From an uncultured Eubacteriales bacterium (GTDB lineage: Bacteria; Bacillota; Clostridia; Oscillospirales; CAG-272), in the NCBI GenBank assembly GCA_934434925.1, contig CAKSAC010000002.1, positions 91,432 to 155,431 on the forward strand: a DNA stretch of 64,000 nucleotides, in the 5' to 3' direction. The notes below the pieces were generated by a model. It did not search any database, had not been told where the DNA came from, and was given only the letters and a program-made list of their open reading frames with translations. A program made the translations under genes and the position numbers. Within the stretch, counting starts at the first letter, position 1, and each line of letters begins with the position of its first letter. This document shows positions 29,401-39,584 of this stretch, one piece after another.

Positions 29401-30063
29401 GCGGTTGCCGGAGCGGCGGAAATCTTCCACCACTTCCAGGCGCTTGATGATTTTGACCTTTTTCTGTCCGGTAGCCGTGGCCATTTCTTCTTTCAGTTCT
29501 TTGGAAAGCGCCTCGATATCGATCTCGGAAAGCAATTCCTTGATGGCCTCCGCGCCCATGCCGACGCGGAAATCTTTTTCGTATTTTTCGTAGAAACTGA
29601 CATATTCGGGTTCCGAAAGCAGCAGTTTCTTTTCAAGCGGCGTATCGCCCGGGTCCAGCACGATATAACTGCCGAAATACAGGACCCGTTCAAGAGCCTT
29701 CGGCGGAATATCAAGCAAAAGACCCATGCGTGACGGAACCGCGCGGAAATACCAGATATGCGACACCGGCGCGGCCAGTTCAATATGCCCCATCCGCTCC
29801 CGGCGCACTTTTTTGCTGGTAATCTCCACGCCGCACTTTTCGCAGACGCGCCCTTTGAAACGGCGGCCGCGCTTATACTTTCCGCACTGGCATTCGTAAT
29901 CCTTCTGCGGCCCGAAAATCGTCTCGCAGAAAAGGCCGCCGCGTTCGGGTTTGAGGGTGCGGTAATTGATGGTTTCAGCCTTGGTGACTTCCCCGTGCGA
30001 CCACGAGCGGATCATCTCGGGCGATGCCAGGCCGATCTTGATGGAATCAAAAATTCTATCCAT
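26491..30063 (-). CDS. rpoC: DNA-directed RNA polymerase subunit beta'
   Basis: 1190 aa with NADFDGDQM catalytic motif and an N-terminal zinc-binding Cys cluster. Confidence 0.98.
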   Translation of the reverse strand: MDRIFDSIKIGLASPEMIRSWSHGEVTKAETINYRTLKPERGGLFCETIFGPQKDYECQCGKYKRGRRFKGRVCEKCGVEITSKKVRRERMGHIELAAPVSHIWYFRAVPSRMGLLLDIPPKALERVLYFGSYIVLDPGDTPLEKKLLLSEPEYVSFYEKYEKDFRVGMGAEAIKELLSEIDIEALSKELKEEMATATGQKKVKIIKRLEVVEDFRRSGNRPEWMILECLPVIPADIRPMVQLDGGRFATSDLNELYRRVINRNNRLKKMIEMEAPDIIIRNEKRMLQEFVDALIDNGRRGKAVTGASNRSLKSLSEMLRGKQGRFRQNLLGKRVDYSGRSVIVVGPDLKIFQCGLPKEMALELFKPFVMKRLIETQKANSIKDAKKKVERVCPEVWDALEYVIKEHPVLLNRAPTLHRLSIQAFEPVLVEGRAIKLHPLVCTAFNADFDGDQMPVHVPLSAEAQAEARFLMLSANNLLKPMNGKAVTTPSQDMVLGSYYLTMVREDEPGAGMTFRNYDEAVMAYENHIIGLHAPIRVRVEREVDGVKYARIIDTTLGRLIFNSKIPQDLGYVDRNDPEHICDLEIDFVTTASELKKIVDRTIKLHDFAAAAVVLDDIKAMGYKYSTKSSISISVYDMTIPREKHDLIAAAERRVADIHERFEDGELSEEERYKNTVAVWSETTDKVTKCLTDGIDKYNSINIIATSGARGSIKQLRQLAGMRGLMFATDGKTIEIPIKSNFREGLTMLEYFMGAKGSRKSLSDTALRTADSGYLTRRLVDVSQEVIIREEDCGAREGIVVSAITENGKPLESLSERLSGRYTINPILNPQNGAVIVDANELITEPMAKEIERVGVHDVEVRSILRCRARRGVCAHCYGADLASGKPVSIGEAVGVIAAQSIGEPGTQLTMRTFHTGGVAGSDITQGLPRVEELFEARRPKKTAIIAETDGTAHITVDKKIHKIRVDVPGVPEAQQKVYDVPFGMRLIVEEGAPVRRGQAMTEGALYPVDILENNGLQAAYDYIIREVQKVYRGEDVEINDKHIEVIARQMTRKVRIVDRGDTELLDGAVVDVMELQAENEAVQARIDAGERDLRLAESRPELLGITKASLRTESFLSAASFQETTRVLTSAAIRGKVDHLLGLKENVIIGKLIPAGTGLDIYHDIEIEEKMPEGFRYNNMAGLRANGNF

Positions 30064-30136
30064 ATTTATTCAGTCGTCCTCCCGCCGGAGCGGGAGACGT
30101 ATCCCCTTCTATAAAATAACGGTCATCCGGTCGCAA

Positions 30137-33100
30137 TCAGAGGTCGAAGTCGTCTTTTCCCTCGTCATACTCTGTGTTTTCAAACTCTTTGGCAAAATCG
30201 TCTTCTTCGTCCTCGGGCAGATACTCTTCCTCGGTTTCCTCATCCTCGTCCTCGGGAGATTCTTCCTCGTCGGGGAACTCGGCAAGCGTATCGGCGGCGG
30301 TATCCACTTCTTCCAGATTGTTCAGCACAGGTCCGTCATCATCGTCCACCAGCTCGGAAAGTTCGATTTCTTCGCCCTTTTCATCCAGCACACGGACATC
30401 CAGCGCCAGCGACTGGAGTTCCTTGACCAGCACCTTGAAGGATTCGGGAATGCCCGGAGTCGGGATATTCTGTCCTTTGACGATTGCCTCATAGGTCTTG
30501 ACACGGCCGGTGACATCGTCACTCTTGACCGTCAGAATTTCCTGGAGCGTGTAAGCCGCGCCATAGGCTTCCAGCGCCCAGACTTCCATTTCACCGAAAC
30601 GCTGACCGCCGAACTGGGCTTTACCGCCGAGCGGCTGCTGGGTGACCATGGAGTACGGCCCGTTGGAACGGGCGTGAATCTTATCGTCAACCAGGTGGTG
30701 TAATTTCAGATAATACATAACGCCCACGGTAACGGGGTTATCGAAGGCATCCCCCGTCCGGCCGTCATACAGCGTGACCTTCCCGTCGATGACCACCACA
30801 TGTTCGCGCCGGCGGAGCTCGGCCAGTTTTTCGCTGTCCTGCTCGTAAATCGGATCCACCCGTTGCAGGTCGCGGTTCCCGTTCTCGTCCGTCACTTCGA
30901 TGAACAGCGCTTTACCGAGAACATTTTCCCCGTCGCGGATCTCACGGGCATATTTGGCCTGACGCAGGCATTCAATGATATCGCGCTCATCCGCCCCGTC
31001 AAAGACCGGCGTGGCGATCTTATAGCCGAGACGCTTGGCGGCGATCCCGAGGTGGACTTCCAGCACCTGCCCGATATTCATACGGGAAGGCACGCCCAAC
31101 GGGTTCAGTACGATATCGACCGGCGTACCGTCGGCCAGGAAAGGCATATCTTCCGGCGGGAGAATGCGCGAAACAACGCCCTTGTTTCCGTGACGACCCG
31201 CCATTTTATCTCCGACGGAGATTTTGCGCTTTTGCGCCACATAGACCCGGACGACTTTGTTGACTCCGGGAGGCAGATCGGAGGCGTTGGAACGGTCAAA
31301 GACCTTGACATCCAGCACAATCCCCGATTCGCCATGCGGGAGTTTCAGAGAAGAATCCTTGACTTCCCGCGCCTTTTCACCGAAAATCGCGCGGAGCAGG
31401 CGTTCCTCGGGGGTCAGTTCCGGCTCACCCTTCGGCGTGACTTTTCCGACCAGAATATCGCCGGAACGCACTTCGGTTCCGATCCGCACAATGCCTTCGG
31501 CATCCAGATCTTTCAGCGCGTCTTCCCCGACGTTCGGTATCTCGCGGGTGATTTCCTGCGGGCCGAGTTTGGTGTCGCGCGCTTCAATCGAATGCTCTTC
31601 AATATGAATGGAGGTATAAATATCGTTCCGGACCAGGTCTTCATTCAGAAGAACTGCGTCCTCGTAGTTGTAGCCTTCCCAGGTCATGAAGGCGATGGTC
31701 GCATTTTTGCCGAGCGAAATCTCGCCGTTTGCGGTTGCGGGGCCGTCCGCGATCACGTCGCCCTTTTCCACACGGTCTCCGTTGGAAACGATCGGGCGCT
31801 GGTTGACGCAGGTCCCCTGGTTGGAACGCTTGAATTTGATAAGATGATAGGTTTCCTTATTTCCGCTGTCGGTCAGGATGGTGATGGCATCGGCTGTGGC
31901 CAGTTCCACAATGCCGCCTTCTTTCGCCAGTACCACAGCGCCGGAGTCGGCGGCGGCCTTATATTCGATGCCCGTTGCCACAATCGGCTGTTCGGTCACC
32001 ATCAGCGGCACAGCCTGCTTCTGCATGTTGGAACCCATCAGCGCACGGGTGTTATCGTCGTTTTCCAGGAACGGAATCATCGCGGTCGCGACGGAAACGA
32101 CCATTTTCGGAGAGGCATCCATGAAGTCGATCTTGTTCCGGTCTACTTCCACAATATCGGCTTTGTCACGCGCAATGACTTTATCATTGATGAAATGCCC
32201 GTTTTCATCCAGCGGCTCATTGGCCTGAGCGATGATATATTGGTCTTCCACATCGGCCGTCATGTACACAATCTCGTCGGTCACGCGCCCGGTCTCGCGA
32301 TCGACCCGGCGATAAGGAGCTTCGAGAAATCCGTACTCGTTGATTTTGGCATAGGTCGCCAGATAGGAAATCAGACCGATGTTCTGCCCTTCCGGCGTTT
32401 CGATCGGGCAGATACGGCCGTAATGCGTATGATGCACGTCACGCACTTCAAAAGAGGCGCGGTCACGGGTCAGACCGCCGGGGCCGAGAGCCGAGAGACG
32501 GCGCTTGTGGGTCAGCTCCGCCAGCGGGTTGTTCTGATCCATGAACTGAGACAGCGGCGAAGAGCCGAAGAACTCACGGATCGCCGTTGCGACAGGGCGC
32601 ACATTGACGAGCGCCTGCGGGGTCATATCCACGGAATCGTGTACCGACATGCGTTCCTTGATGTTCTTGTCCATCCGGGACATGCCGATACGCATCTGAT
32701 TCTGGAGCAACTCCCCGACGCAACGCAGGCGGCGATTGCCGAGATGGTCGATATCGTCCACATTTCCGATTCCGTGCGACAGGGTGATCAGATAGTTGAT
32801 GGAAGCAAAAATGTCGTCTTTGGTAATATGCTTCGGCGAAAGTTCAGCCGCGCGCAGACGGGCCGCTTCCCGGATGGCATCGGCATCGCCGTTTGCTTCG
32901 TCGATAATTTCACGAAGGACGGCATACCGTACCTTTTCATTGATCCCGCAATCGGCAAGATCATAGCCGAGGACATATTCGGGGCGGACGTTTCCGTTAC
33001 CGAACACCTTGACTTCATGCCCGGAAAGGTCAGAGACCCAAACTTCGTTGACGGCGTTTCTTTCCAGCGTTTCGCAATCCTCGCGGTTGAGGATATGGCC

Positions 33101-34045
33101 GGCCTCAAAGAGAACCTCACCCGTCAGGACGCTGACGGCAGGGCGGGCCAGCGAAAAACCGTGGACCCGGGAAGAAACTTCCAGTTTTTTGTCATATTTA
33201 TACCGGCCGACAGGCGCCAGATCGTACCGTTTGGGGTCGAAGAGCATATTGTTGACCAGCATCTGTGCGCTCTCGATAATCGGCGGTTCGCCGGGGCGCA
33301 GTTTTTTGTAGACTTCTTTGAGAGCCGCTTCGGAAAGCGTCGTATTCTCTTCTTCCGCGCTCCGACGGGAGTCGTCCTTCTCAAAGGTTGCCGTAATCAT
33401 CTCTTCATGGCCGAAAAGATCGTAAATATCTTCGTCGCTCTCCACCCCGAGGGCGCGCACGAAGGTCGTAACCGGCAATTTGCGGGTCTTGTCGATTTTC
33501 ACGTAGAAAATGCCCGCGGAATCGGTCTCATATTCCAGCCAGGCACCACGGTAGGGGATCACCATGTTGGTGTAACTGTGATTCCCGTTTTTATCCACGT
33601 TGCAACTGTAATAAATCCCCGGGGAACGGACAAGCTGAGAAACAATCACGCGTTCCGCACCGTTGATCACGAACGTGCCGCTGTCGGTCATCAGCGGGAA
33701 GTTCCCCATATAAATCTGGTCCTGTTTGACCTCGCCGGTCTCTTTGTTGGCCAGACGCACAAGCACTTTCAGGGGAGCTTCATAGGTCGCGTCACGCTCC
33801 TTGCACTGCTCCACCGAATACTTGGGGGTGTTTTCGATCGTGAAGTCCACAAACTCGATGGACAGGTTCCCGCTGTAATCGTTGATGGGGGAAACATCGT
33901 GCAGAACCTCCATCATTCCGTCGCGGCAGAACCATTCAAAAGACTTCTTCTGCACCTCAATGAGGTTCGGCATATCCAGGGCTTCATTGATCTTGGAGAA
34001 AGTAAGTCTTGTGGTTTTGCCGAGCTTCAGGGGTTTTAATTGCAT
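30137..34045 (-). CDS. rpoB: DNA-directed RNA polymerase subunit beta
   Basis: ORF 30137-34408 trimmed to ATG 34045 ([10 protein letters not shown]; GGAG RBS), 1302 aa. The upstream 121 codons run through the promoter region. Confidence 0.97.
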   Translation of the reverse strand: MQLKPLKLGKTTRLTFSKINEALDMPNLIEVQKKSFEWFCRDGMMEVLHDVSPINDYSGNLSIEFVDFTIENTPKYSVEQCKERDATYEAPLKVLVRLANKETGEVKQDQIYMGNFPLMTDSGTFVINGAERVIVSQLVRSPGIYYSCNVDKNGNHSYTNMVIPYRGAWLEYETDSAGIFYVKIDKTRKLPVTTFVRALGVESDEDIYDLFGHEEMITATFEKDDSRRSAEEENTTLSEAALKEVYKKLRPGEPPIIESAQMLVNNMLFDPKRYDLAPVGRYKYDKKLEVSSRVHGFSLARPAVSVLTGEVLFEAGHILNREDCETLERNAVNEVWVSDLSGHEVKVFGNGNVRPEYVLGYDLADCGINEKVRYAVLREIIDEANGDADAIREAARLRAAELSPKHITKDDIFASINYLITLSHGIGNVDDIDHLGNRRLRCVGELLQNQMRIGMSRMDKNIKERMSVHDSVDMTPQALVNVRPVATAIREFFGSSPLSQFMDQNNPLAELTHKRRLSALGPGGLTRDRASFEVRDVHHTHYGRICPIETPEGQNIGLISYLATYAKINEYGFLEAPYRRVDRETGRVTDEIVYMTADVEDQYIIAQANEPLDENGHFINDKVIARDKADIVEVDRNKIDFMDASPKMVVSVATAMIPFLENDDNTRALMGSNMQKQAVPLMVTEQPIVATGIEYKAAADSGAVVLAKEGGIVELATADAITILTDSGNKETYHLIKFKRSNQGTCVNQRPIVSNGDRVEKGDVIADGPATANGEISLGKNATIAFMTWEGYNYEDAVLLNEDLVRNDIYTSIHIEEHSIEARDTKLGPQEITREIPNVGEDALKDLDAEGIVRIGTEVRSGDILVGKVTPKGEPELTPEERLLRAIFGEKAREVKDSSLKLPHGESGIVLDVKVFDRSNASDLPPGVNKVVRVYVAQKRKISVGDKMAGRHGNKGVVSRILPPEDMPFLADGTPVDIVLNPLGVPSRMNIGQVLEVHLGIAAKRLGYKIATPVFDGADERDIIECLRQAKYAREIRDGENVLGKALFIEVTDENGNRDLQRVDPIYEQDSEKLAELRRREHVVVIDGKVTLYDGRTGDAFDNPVTVGVMYYLKLHHLVDDKIHARSNGPYSMVTQQPLGGKAQFGGQRFGEMEVWALEAYGAAYTLQEILTVKSDDVTGRVKTYEAIVKGQNIPTPGIPESFKVLVKELQSLALDVRVLDEKGEEIELSELVDDDDGPVLNNLEEVDTAADTLAEFPDEEESPEDEDEETEEEYLPEDEEDDFAKEFENTEYDEGKDDFDL

Positions 34046-34175
34046 CGTAGAATCACTCCGTTTCATATTTTTTCGCCGGTGCGCCGACCCGGGCAGGCAC
34101 GGGGCTTTCCCCGCCGCGGGAAAAGAGATGTATTCTATAAATACGCGCGGACAAGCGAATGTTAGGCAGTTTATA

Positions 34176-34203
34176 ATTATACCACAAAATTCCTCGTTGT
34201 CAA
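34176..34203 (-). promoter_or_regulatory. sigma-A-type promoter of rpoB-rpoC
   Basis: On the minus strand: TTGACA, 16 nt, TATAAT, with a TGg extended -10. The leader to ATG 34045 is about 125 nt. Confidence 0.65.
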
Positions 34204-34491
34204 GAAAAAATGAGCCGAAAAAGAAAAATATTCTTTGTAAAATTTTATGGTTGTATTTGTAAATTTTCTGAAAATTTTTGTAAAAAGAGAAGGCAGAAAA
34301 ACGAACTGCCTTTTTATTCCTTATATAATATAGGTCCGTTGCGTCCGTGAAATGCCCGGAGAGGGCGCACCGACGGAGCGGGGCTTTCCCGAAGTGCCGA
34401 ACGCACACAAAAGGCCGGGGGCTATGCGGGAGAGGGAGCGAAGTCCTCTTTTCCGGTCAGAAATCGCGCTTGCCGGAAAAAGAGGGCCGGT

Positions 34492-35328
34492 TCACCCTTC
34501 TGCCGGGGCGTTTTTCATTTGCTCCGCAGGCGCAAGGTCGTCTTCGTCGTTATGCGTCTGTTTTTTCTGCCGGTATGCCAGCGGACCAATCCCGTACCAG
34601 CGTTTGAACATCCGGTAAAAATTTGTCGGATCCTCATATCCTGCGAGCCGTCCCGCTTCCTCGGCCGTGTATCCCTGCCGGATATATGCGGCCGCATGTT
34701 CCATCCGGACGCGGATCAGGTAACGGCTGAGCGTCTCGCCGTACTCTTTCCGGAAAAGGCGCGGCAAATATCGCCGGTCAAGCGAAAGGCTGTCGGCAAT
34801 CATTCCCACATTGATGGGCGTCATATAGTGGGAGTCTACCATAGCGCGGGCGCGCCGGGCATAATCCCGCCCGGCCGAGGCGGCGGCGACTTCCTCGGAA
34901 TTCAGAAGATTCGCATACAGCTCCAGCGTCAGCCCGGCAAGCCCCGGCACATATCCCGGCGTTTCGGAATGCAGGGCGCGCATCCGGAGAAAAGTATCGT
35001 GCGGGTAATCGCATACGTGCGGAAATGAACGGAACGCCTCGCTGAGCCGGCCGCGAAAGCAGACCCAGATATACGTCCAGGGGTTTTCGGCATCTGCACG
35101 GTAAAAATAGCGTTCCCCGGGTGCCAGCAGAAAAATCTGCCCGGAGCCGACGTGCCACGTCTTTTCTCCGCTCATGAGCGATCCCTCTCCCGAAACGATG
35201 TAATGGATAAGATAATAATCCCGGAATCCCGATGAGCGGTGACAGGGCTTGCATTCCTCATAGCCGAGGCAGAGCGGCGTAATATCCGAAAGCCCTCCCC
35301 CCTCGGTCCATTTTTCCATATGTTCCAT
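34492..35328 (-). CDS. AraC-family transcriptional regulator (cupin sensor + HTH)
   Basis: 278 aa with a C-terminal double HTH (LFRKEYGETLSRYLIRVRMEHAAAYI...YEDPTNFYRMFKRWYG). Divergent from the alpha-galactosidase genes. Confidence 0.85.
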   Translation of the reverse strand: MEHMEKWTEGGGLSDITPLCLGYEECKPCHRSSGFRDYYLIHYIVSGEGSLMSGEKTWHVGSGQIFLLAPGERYFYRADAENPWTYIWVCFRGRLSEAFRSFPHVCDYPHDTFLRMRALHSETPGYVPGLAGLTLELYANLLNSEEVAAASAGRDYARRARAMVDSHYMTPINVGMIADSLSLDRRYLPRLFRKEYGETLSRYLIRVRMEHAAAYIRQGYTAEEAGRLAGYEDPTNFYRMFKRWYGIGPLAYRQKKQTHNDEDDLAPAEQMKNAPAEG

Positions 35329-35455
35329 CTGCGATCCTCTCCGTTTCCATACACACGTTTTTTACATTATATCATACTTCACGCACAAAATGCCATGTTT
35401 TCTGTGAAATTTTGTTGTATAATGGAATCAAGGAACCGAAAGGAGATTTTCCAAA

Positions 35456-36778
35456 ATGACAAAAGCAACATTTCTCGGTGCCGGCAGCACCATATTCGCG
35501 AAGAATGTGCTTGGCGATGTGATGTTGAAGGACAGTATGCATGACATTGAGATCGCCCTGTACGACATTGACGAAAATCGTCTCGAAGAATCTTTTCTTC
35601 TCATCAACGCCCTGAACAAAAATGTCAACGAAGGACGGGCTACCGTGCGCAAATACCTCGGCGTGGATCAGCGCAAGGACGCGCTCCGCGGGGCTGACTT
35701 CGTTATCAACGCCATTCAGGTCGGCGGGTATGACCCCTGCACGATCCTGGATTTTGAAATCCCGAAAAAATACGGACTGCGCCAGACCATCGGAGATACT
35801 CTCGGCATCGGCGGCATTTTCCGCGCACTCCGCACGCTTGTGGTGATGAAGGATTTTGCCCGCGATATGGAAGAGGTCTGTCCGGACGCGCTCCTTCTGA
35901 ACTATACGAACCCGATGGCCATGCTGACCGGATATATGCAGCGTTACACAAAAGTCCGCACGATCGGTCTGTGTCACTCGGTGCAGGTCTGCGTCAAGGA
36001 TATCCTCCGTGGGGTCGGTATGGAAGACAAATTGGAAGGCCACCGGGAAACGATTGCCGGTATCAACCATATGGCCTGGCTCCTGGAAGTCAGGGATAAG
36101 GACGGAAATGATCTGTACCCCGAAATCCGCCGCCGCGCGAAAGAAATCAACGCGACCGCGAAGCACTCGGACTTTGTGCGTTTTGATTATATCGACAAGC
36201 TCGGGTATTACTGTACCGAGAGCTCGGTACACAATGCGGAGTACAATGCGTTTTATATCAAGAAAGACCGCCCCGACCTTGTAGAAAAGTTCAATATCGC
36301 GTTGGATGAATACCCGCGCCGTTGCATCAATCAGATTGCCAAATGGGAAGAACAGAAAAAGAATCTGATGAACGGCGGGGCCGTATCGCATACGCTCTCT
36401 CATGAGTATGCCGCCCGTATCATGGATTCGATTCTCACCAACGTGCCGGACCAGATCGGCGGGAACGTTATCAATGAAGGACTGATCGATAACCTGCCGG
36501 CAGATGCCTGCGTCGAGGTCCCCTGCCTCATCAACAACACCGGCGTTCATCCGACGCATGTCGGCCGTTTGCCTGTCCAGTGTGCCGCCATGAACATGAC
36601 CAATATCAACGTGCAGCTTCTGACCATTGAAGCCGCCGCGACCGGGAAAATGGAACATGTATATCAGGCCGCCATGCTCGACCCGCATACGGGTGCTGTG
36701 CTGACCCCGGATGAAATCGTTGCCATGTGCGACGAATTGCGCGCCGCGCACGAAGCGGCCGGATTCCCGATTTTCTGA
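35456..36778 (+). CDS. melA: alpha-galactosidase/alpha-glucosidase, glycoside hydrolase family 4 (NAD/Mn-dependent)
   Basis: 440 aa with an N-terminal Rossmann motif FLGAGSTIFAKN and the GH4 layout. AAAGGAG RBS. Confidence 0.85.
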   Translation: MTKATFLGAGSTIFAKNVLGDVMLKDSMHDIEIALYDIDENRLEESFLLINALNKNVNEGRATVRKYLGVDQRKDALRGADFVINAIQVGGYDPCTILDFEIPKKYGLRQTIGDTLGIGGIFRALRTLVVMKDFARDMEEVCPDALLLNYTNPMAMLTGYMQRYTKVRTIGLCHSVQVCVKDILRGVGMEDKLEGHRETIAGINHMAWLLEVRDKDGNDLYPEIRRRAKEINATAKHSDFVRFDYIDKLGYYCTESSVHNAEYNAFYIKKDRPDLVEKFNIALDEYPRRCINQIAKWEEQKKNLMNGGAVSHTLSHEYAARIMDSILTNVPDQIGGNVINEGLIDNLPADACVEVPCLINNTGVHPTHVGRLPVQCAAMNMTNINVQLLTIEAAATGKMEHVYQAAMLDPHTGAVLTPDEIVAMCDELRAAHEAAGFPIF

Positions 36779-36894
36779 AGCCGAAGCTCCGCCGGAAGAC
36801 AAAGTTTTCGCTCGTTTCCGGCCGGGGGAAGCCCCTGCCCCACAACAAAAAGTCAACAGAAAAACTTATAAGAAAAACATAAAGGAGAAACGCC

Positions 36895-38031
36895 ATGTAT
36901 CAAATCACTCCCGCCCTCGGGTGGAACACCTGGAACACTTTTATGGGAGATATCAATGAAGAACTCGTTCTTCGCAGTGCCGATATGCTGGCCAACAGCC
37001 CGCTCAAAAAAGCGGGATATGAATATATCGTCATCGATGACTGCTGGAGCCTCCGCGAACGCGACAAAGACGGCCGTCTGGTGGCCGATCCCGAAAAATT
37101 CCCGCACGGCATGAAGTATGTCGGCGATTATATCCATTCGCTCGGCCTTAAATTCGGCATGTACTCCTGCGCCGGCGCTCTGACCTGCGCCGGGTATCCC
37201 GGTTCCTATGAACATGAGTTCATCGATGCCGAGACCTTTGCCTCCTGGGGGGTGGATTATCTGAAATACGACTTCTGCTACCGTTCCTCCGTTGTTCCCC
37301 CGCATCTGCTTTATAAACGGATGGGGCTGGCGCTCAGCAACTGCGGCCGGGATATCCTCTTCTCCGCTTGCTCCTGGGGAGCGGAAATGACCTACAAATG
37401 GATCCGGGAGACCGGGGCGCACAGCTGGCGCTCTACCATGGACATTATGGACTGTTGGAGTTCCGTCAAGGATCTTATCACCATGCAGCTCCCCCTGTTT
37501 GAATACAACGGCCAGGGGTGTTTCAACGATATGGATATGCTGATCTGCGGGATGAACGGCAAGGGAGCCGTCAGCCGCGGCGGTTGTACCCCGGCCGAAT
37601 ATCATACGCATTTTGCCTTCTGGTGCTTCTTCGGCTCTACGCTGATGCTCGGTTCCGATATCCGGCAAATGGATGAAGAAACCCTGAAACTGGTGACAAA
37701 CCCCGCCCTGCTCCGTATCAATCAGGACAAAAAATACTGTCAGCCCTTCCCGATCGGCAGAAAGTCCGATACCTACCCGTTACTGGCGAAATTTCTGGAC
37801 GACGGGAAAATTGCCATCGGATTCTTCAACCTCACGGACGGAACCACTTCCGCATGGCATGCCACCTTCCTGACCGATGAGCTCGGCATACCCGAATCGA
37901 CCGGCAAGAAACTCAAACTCACCGACACGGCAGACGGCTCTGTGCTCTATTCCAAAAACGGATGTTTCTCCGTACCGAATACCGCGGCGCATGCCAGCCG
38001 CGTTTACATCGCCGAGGTCGTCGATGCCTGA
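36895..38031 (+). CDS. alpha-galactosidase, glycoside hydrolase family 27
   Basis: 378 aa. N-terminus PALGWNTWN...YEYIVIDDCW is typical of GH27. AAAGGAGAA RBS. Confidence 0.88.
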   Translation: MYQITPALGWNTWNTFMGDINEELVLRSADMLANSPLKKAGYEYIVIDDCWSLRERDKDGRLVADPEKFPHGMKYVGDYIHSLGLKFGMYSCAGALTCAGYPGSYEHEFIDAETFASWGVDYLKYDFCYRSSVVPPHLLYKRMGLALSNCGRDILFSACSWGAEMTYKWIRETGAHSWRSTMDIMDCWSSVKDLITMQLPLFEYNGQGCFNDMDMLICGMNGKGAVSRGGCTPAEYHTHFAFWCFFGSTLMLGSDIRQMDEETLKLVTNPALLRINQDKKYCQPFPIGRKSDTYPLLAKFLDDGKIAIGFFNLTDGTTSAWHATFLTDELGIPESTGKKLKLTDTADGSVLYSKNGCFSVPNTAAHASRVYIAEVVDA

Positions 38032-38233
38032 AACGGGTGACGGCAGCCACTGCCGCCTTTGCGGGCGTTCGCTTTTGCCGGTCGAAATAAGCCTGACTCT
38101 GAAACTGCTGGATAAGGCCGCCACGCGCTATTATTGCAAGCGCTGTCTCGCGGAAAAGACCAATCTCTCGGAAGAGGAGCTTGACGAACTGGTTCTTCTC
38201 TTCCGCCGGCAGGGCTGTACCCTTTTCACCTGA
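38024..38233 (+). CDS. small zinc-ribbon protein (hypothetical)
   Basis: 69 aa from ATG 38024, overlapping the GH27 stop by 8 nt. It has CRLCG...CKRC pairs and ends QGCTLFT. A terminator follows at 38344. Confidence 0.45.
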   Translation: MPETGDGSHCRLCGRSLLPVEISLTLKLLDKAATRYYCKRCLAEKTNLSEEELDELVLLFRRQGCTLFT

Positions 38234-38246
38234 CGGCCTCTCCGCA

Positions 38247-38340
38247 TGCGCCCTTCTCTTGGTTGCGCCCTTCTCTTGGTTGCACTCTTCTCTTGGTTGC
38301 ACTCTTCTCTCGGTTGCGTCCTTTCGACGATTGCTCCGTT
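38247..38340. repeat. tandem repeat, 17-bp unit x ~5.5
   Basis: TGCGCCCTTCTCTTGGT-type units start at 38247, 38264, 38281, 38298, 38315 and 38332, decaying toward the 3' side. They lie between the stop at 38233 and the terminator at 38344. Confidence 0.9.
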
Positions 38341-38343
38341 CCG

Positions 38344-38370
38344 GTCCGCCCTTCGGGGCGGACTTTTCTT
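38344..38370 (+). terminator. intrinsic terminator of the alpha-galactosidase operon
   Basis: GTCCGCCC, TTCG loop, GGGCGGAC, followed by TTTTCTT. Confidence 0.8.
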
Positions 38371-38505
38371 CCGGTGCGGAAGGAGTGTTCCCGGAGGCGT
38401 TTTCCGAAAAATGAAGGGTTCCCGCGCAAGGTCGAGGCGCTTGAAACCGACGTTTTCCGCAAACAGATGGTTTGCCCCGGCAGACGGTTTTGCCGTGTGT
38501 GCATC

Positions 38506-38534
38506 TTGACAGCCGGCATGCCGCATGATACAAT
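38506..38534 (+). promoter_or_regulatory. sigma-A-type promoter of birA
   Basis: TTGACA, 17 nt, TACAAT. Confidence 0.6.
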
Positions 38535-38664
38535 GAAGCCGTCGCCGGAATAAGGAAAAAAGCCGGACGCACCGCGAAAAACGGTCCGTTTGAAAAAAGA
38601 ACCCGCCGGCATGCTCCGCGACACACCATGCAGGAATACGCCGAAGACGAAAGGAGAAACCGCG

Positions 38665-39504
38665 ATGAGGCAAGAGCGGGAATATCCCCTGCCGAACCGG
38701 AACGGGCAGAAAAATCCGGCATATCTTTCCGGAAAGCTCCGGATCTTTGACGAACTGCCCTCCACCAACACCTATCTTCTGGAACGTGCCGGCCGACTGC
38801 CCGACGGCAGTGCCGTGATGGCAAAAAAGCAGACCGCCGGCAAAGGGAGGAGAGGGCGTTCTTTCGTTTCCCCGGACGGAGCCGGACTTTACCTCAGTTT
38901 TCTTGTCCGCCGGCCGTTCCCGGCTGATCATCTGCCGCTGTTCACGCCCTACGCCGCCGTGATCGTTGCCGAAGCGATTGAGGAGCTCTGCCCCGTGACG
39001 GTCGGCATCAAATGGGTGAACGACCTTTACCTCGGAGAGAAAAAACTCTGCGGGATTCTCACGGAAGGTTCTTTCGGTCCGGACGGGCGGCTCCTGTATG
39101 CCGTGGTCGGTATCGGAGTCAACCTGATTGCCGGCGCTCTTTCGCCGGAACTTGCCGACATCGCCTGCGCCATCGGAGATTTTACGTCGCCCCCCGCGCC
39201 GGAACGCTTGGCCGAACGGATTCTCGTACGCTTTTTCGGAGATATGGCGAGGCTTTCAGACCGTTCCTTTCTTGCCGAATACCGTCGGCGCTCTATCCTG
39301 CTCGGCCGGGAAGTCCGCACACAGAAAGACGGAGAACTTCTGCGTGGTGTCGTCAAAGCAATCGATGAAGACTGCGGCCTTTGTCTGGCAACCTCCCGGG
39401 GGGATATCGTTTTGCGCGCCGGAGAGGTCAGTGTGCGCCCGACGGCCGCGCCAATGACGGAGAATGCGCACGATATGCCCAAAAAAGCCGCTCGCACCCC
39501 CTGA
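38665..39504 (+). CDS. birA: biotin--[acetyl-CoA-carboxylase] ligase (class I, no HTH)
   Basis: ORF trimmed to ATG 38665 (AAGGAGAA RBS), 279 aa. It has the canonical QTAGKGRRGRSF and GIKWVNDL motifs. Confidence 0.85.
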   Translation: MRQEREYPLPNRNGQKNPAYLSGKLRIFDELPSTNTYLLERAGRLPDGSAVMAKKQTAGKGRRGRSFVSPDGAGLYLSFLVRRPFPADHLPLFTPYAAVIVAEAIEELCPVTVGIKWVNDLYLGEKKLCGILTEGSFGPDGRLLYAVVGIGVNLIAGALSPELADIACAIGDFTSPPAPERLAERILVRFFGDMARLSDRSFLAEYRRRSILLGREVRTQKDGELLRGVVKAIDEDCGLCLATSRGDIVLRAGEVSVRPTAAPMTENAHDMPKKAARTP

Positions 39505-39533
39505 ATATGAAAACAAAACTATACACATTTAAT

Positions 39534-39576
39534 AAAAAAGCAGGGACGTGTGATGCGTCCCTGTATTTGATTTTTC
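39534..39576. terminator. bidirectional terminator between birA and the DUF554 gene
   Basis: A-tract, then CAGGGACG / CGTCCCTG stem, then TATTTGATTTTT. Confidence 0.7.
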
Positions 39577-39584
39577 TGTCGCAA

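Noticed and set aside
30137-30330. The highly acidic C-terminal tail of RpoB ([17 protein letters not shown]...DDFDL), considered as a novelty.
   Set aside because: Acidic C-terminal extensions of RpoB are already known in Firmicutes such as Bacillus subtilis. This one is not distinctive enough to flag.
30800-34039. A 1079-aa ORF on the plus strand, antisense to rpoB. Similar long antisense ORFs lie at 23100-25199 (fusA), 59146-60933 (proS), 57324-58916 (aminotransferase), 35372-36856 (GH4), 40752-42311, 13319-14296, 7922-9019 and 15222-16295.
   Set aside because: Each lies entirely opposite a gene with unmistakable conserved motifs. Their translations are Arg/Gly/Pro/His-rich low-complexity sequence with no recognisable domain and no RBS. 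Long stop-free antisense frames are expected in GC-rich coding DNA.
34046-34408. N-terminal extensions suggested by the ORF track for rpoB (to 34408), the GRE (to 10351), ligA (to 55029), icd (to 12431), tcdA (to 21189), rpsL, rpsG, ftsK, birA, potA and others.
   Set aside because: The extensions run through promoters, terminators or neighbouring genes and lack an RBS. The internal starts have good Shine-Dalgarno sequences and give canonical N-termini.
34354-34420. Glycine-riboswitch-like string on the plus strand: CCCGGAGAGGGCGCACCGACGGAGC...CACACAAAAGGCCGGG.
   Set aside because: It has only partial matches to the GGAGAG / CACCGAAGG / CAAAAGG core, and the P2 hairpin is missing. On the plus strand it would read into the antisense of the AraC gene, with no downstream plus-strand gene for 1 kb. 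It is most likely a chance match in GC-rich DNA.
38131-38931. Overlapping minus-strand ORFs of 266, 301 and 181 aa across the GH27-birA spacer.
   Set aside because: They span a tandem-repeat array, a plus-strand terminator and the birA promoter, and run antisense into birA. Their products are Arg/Pro/Gly-rich with no domains or RBS.
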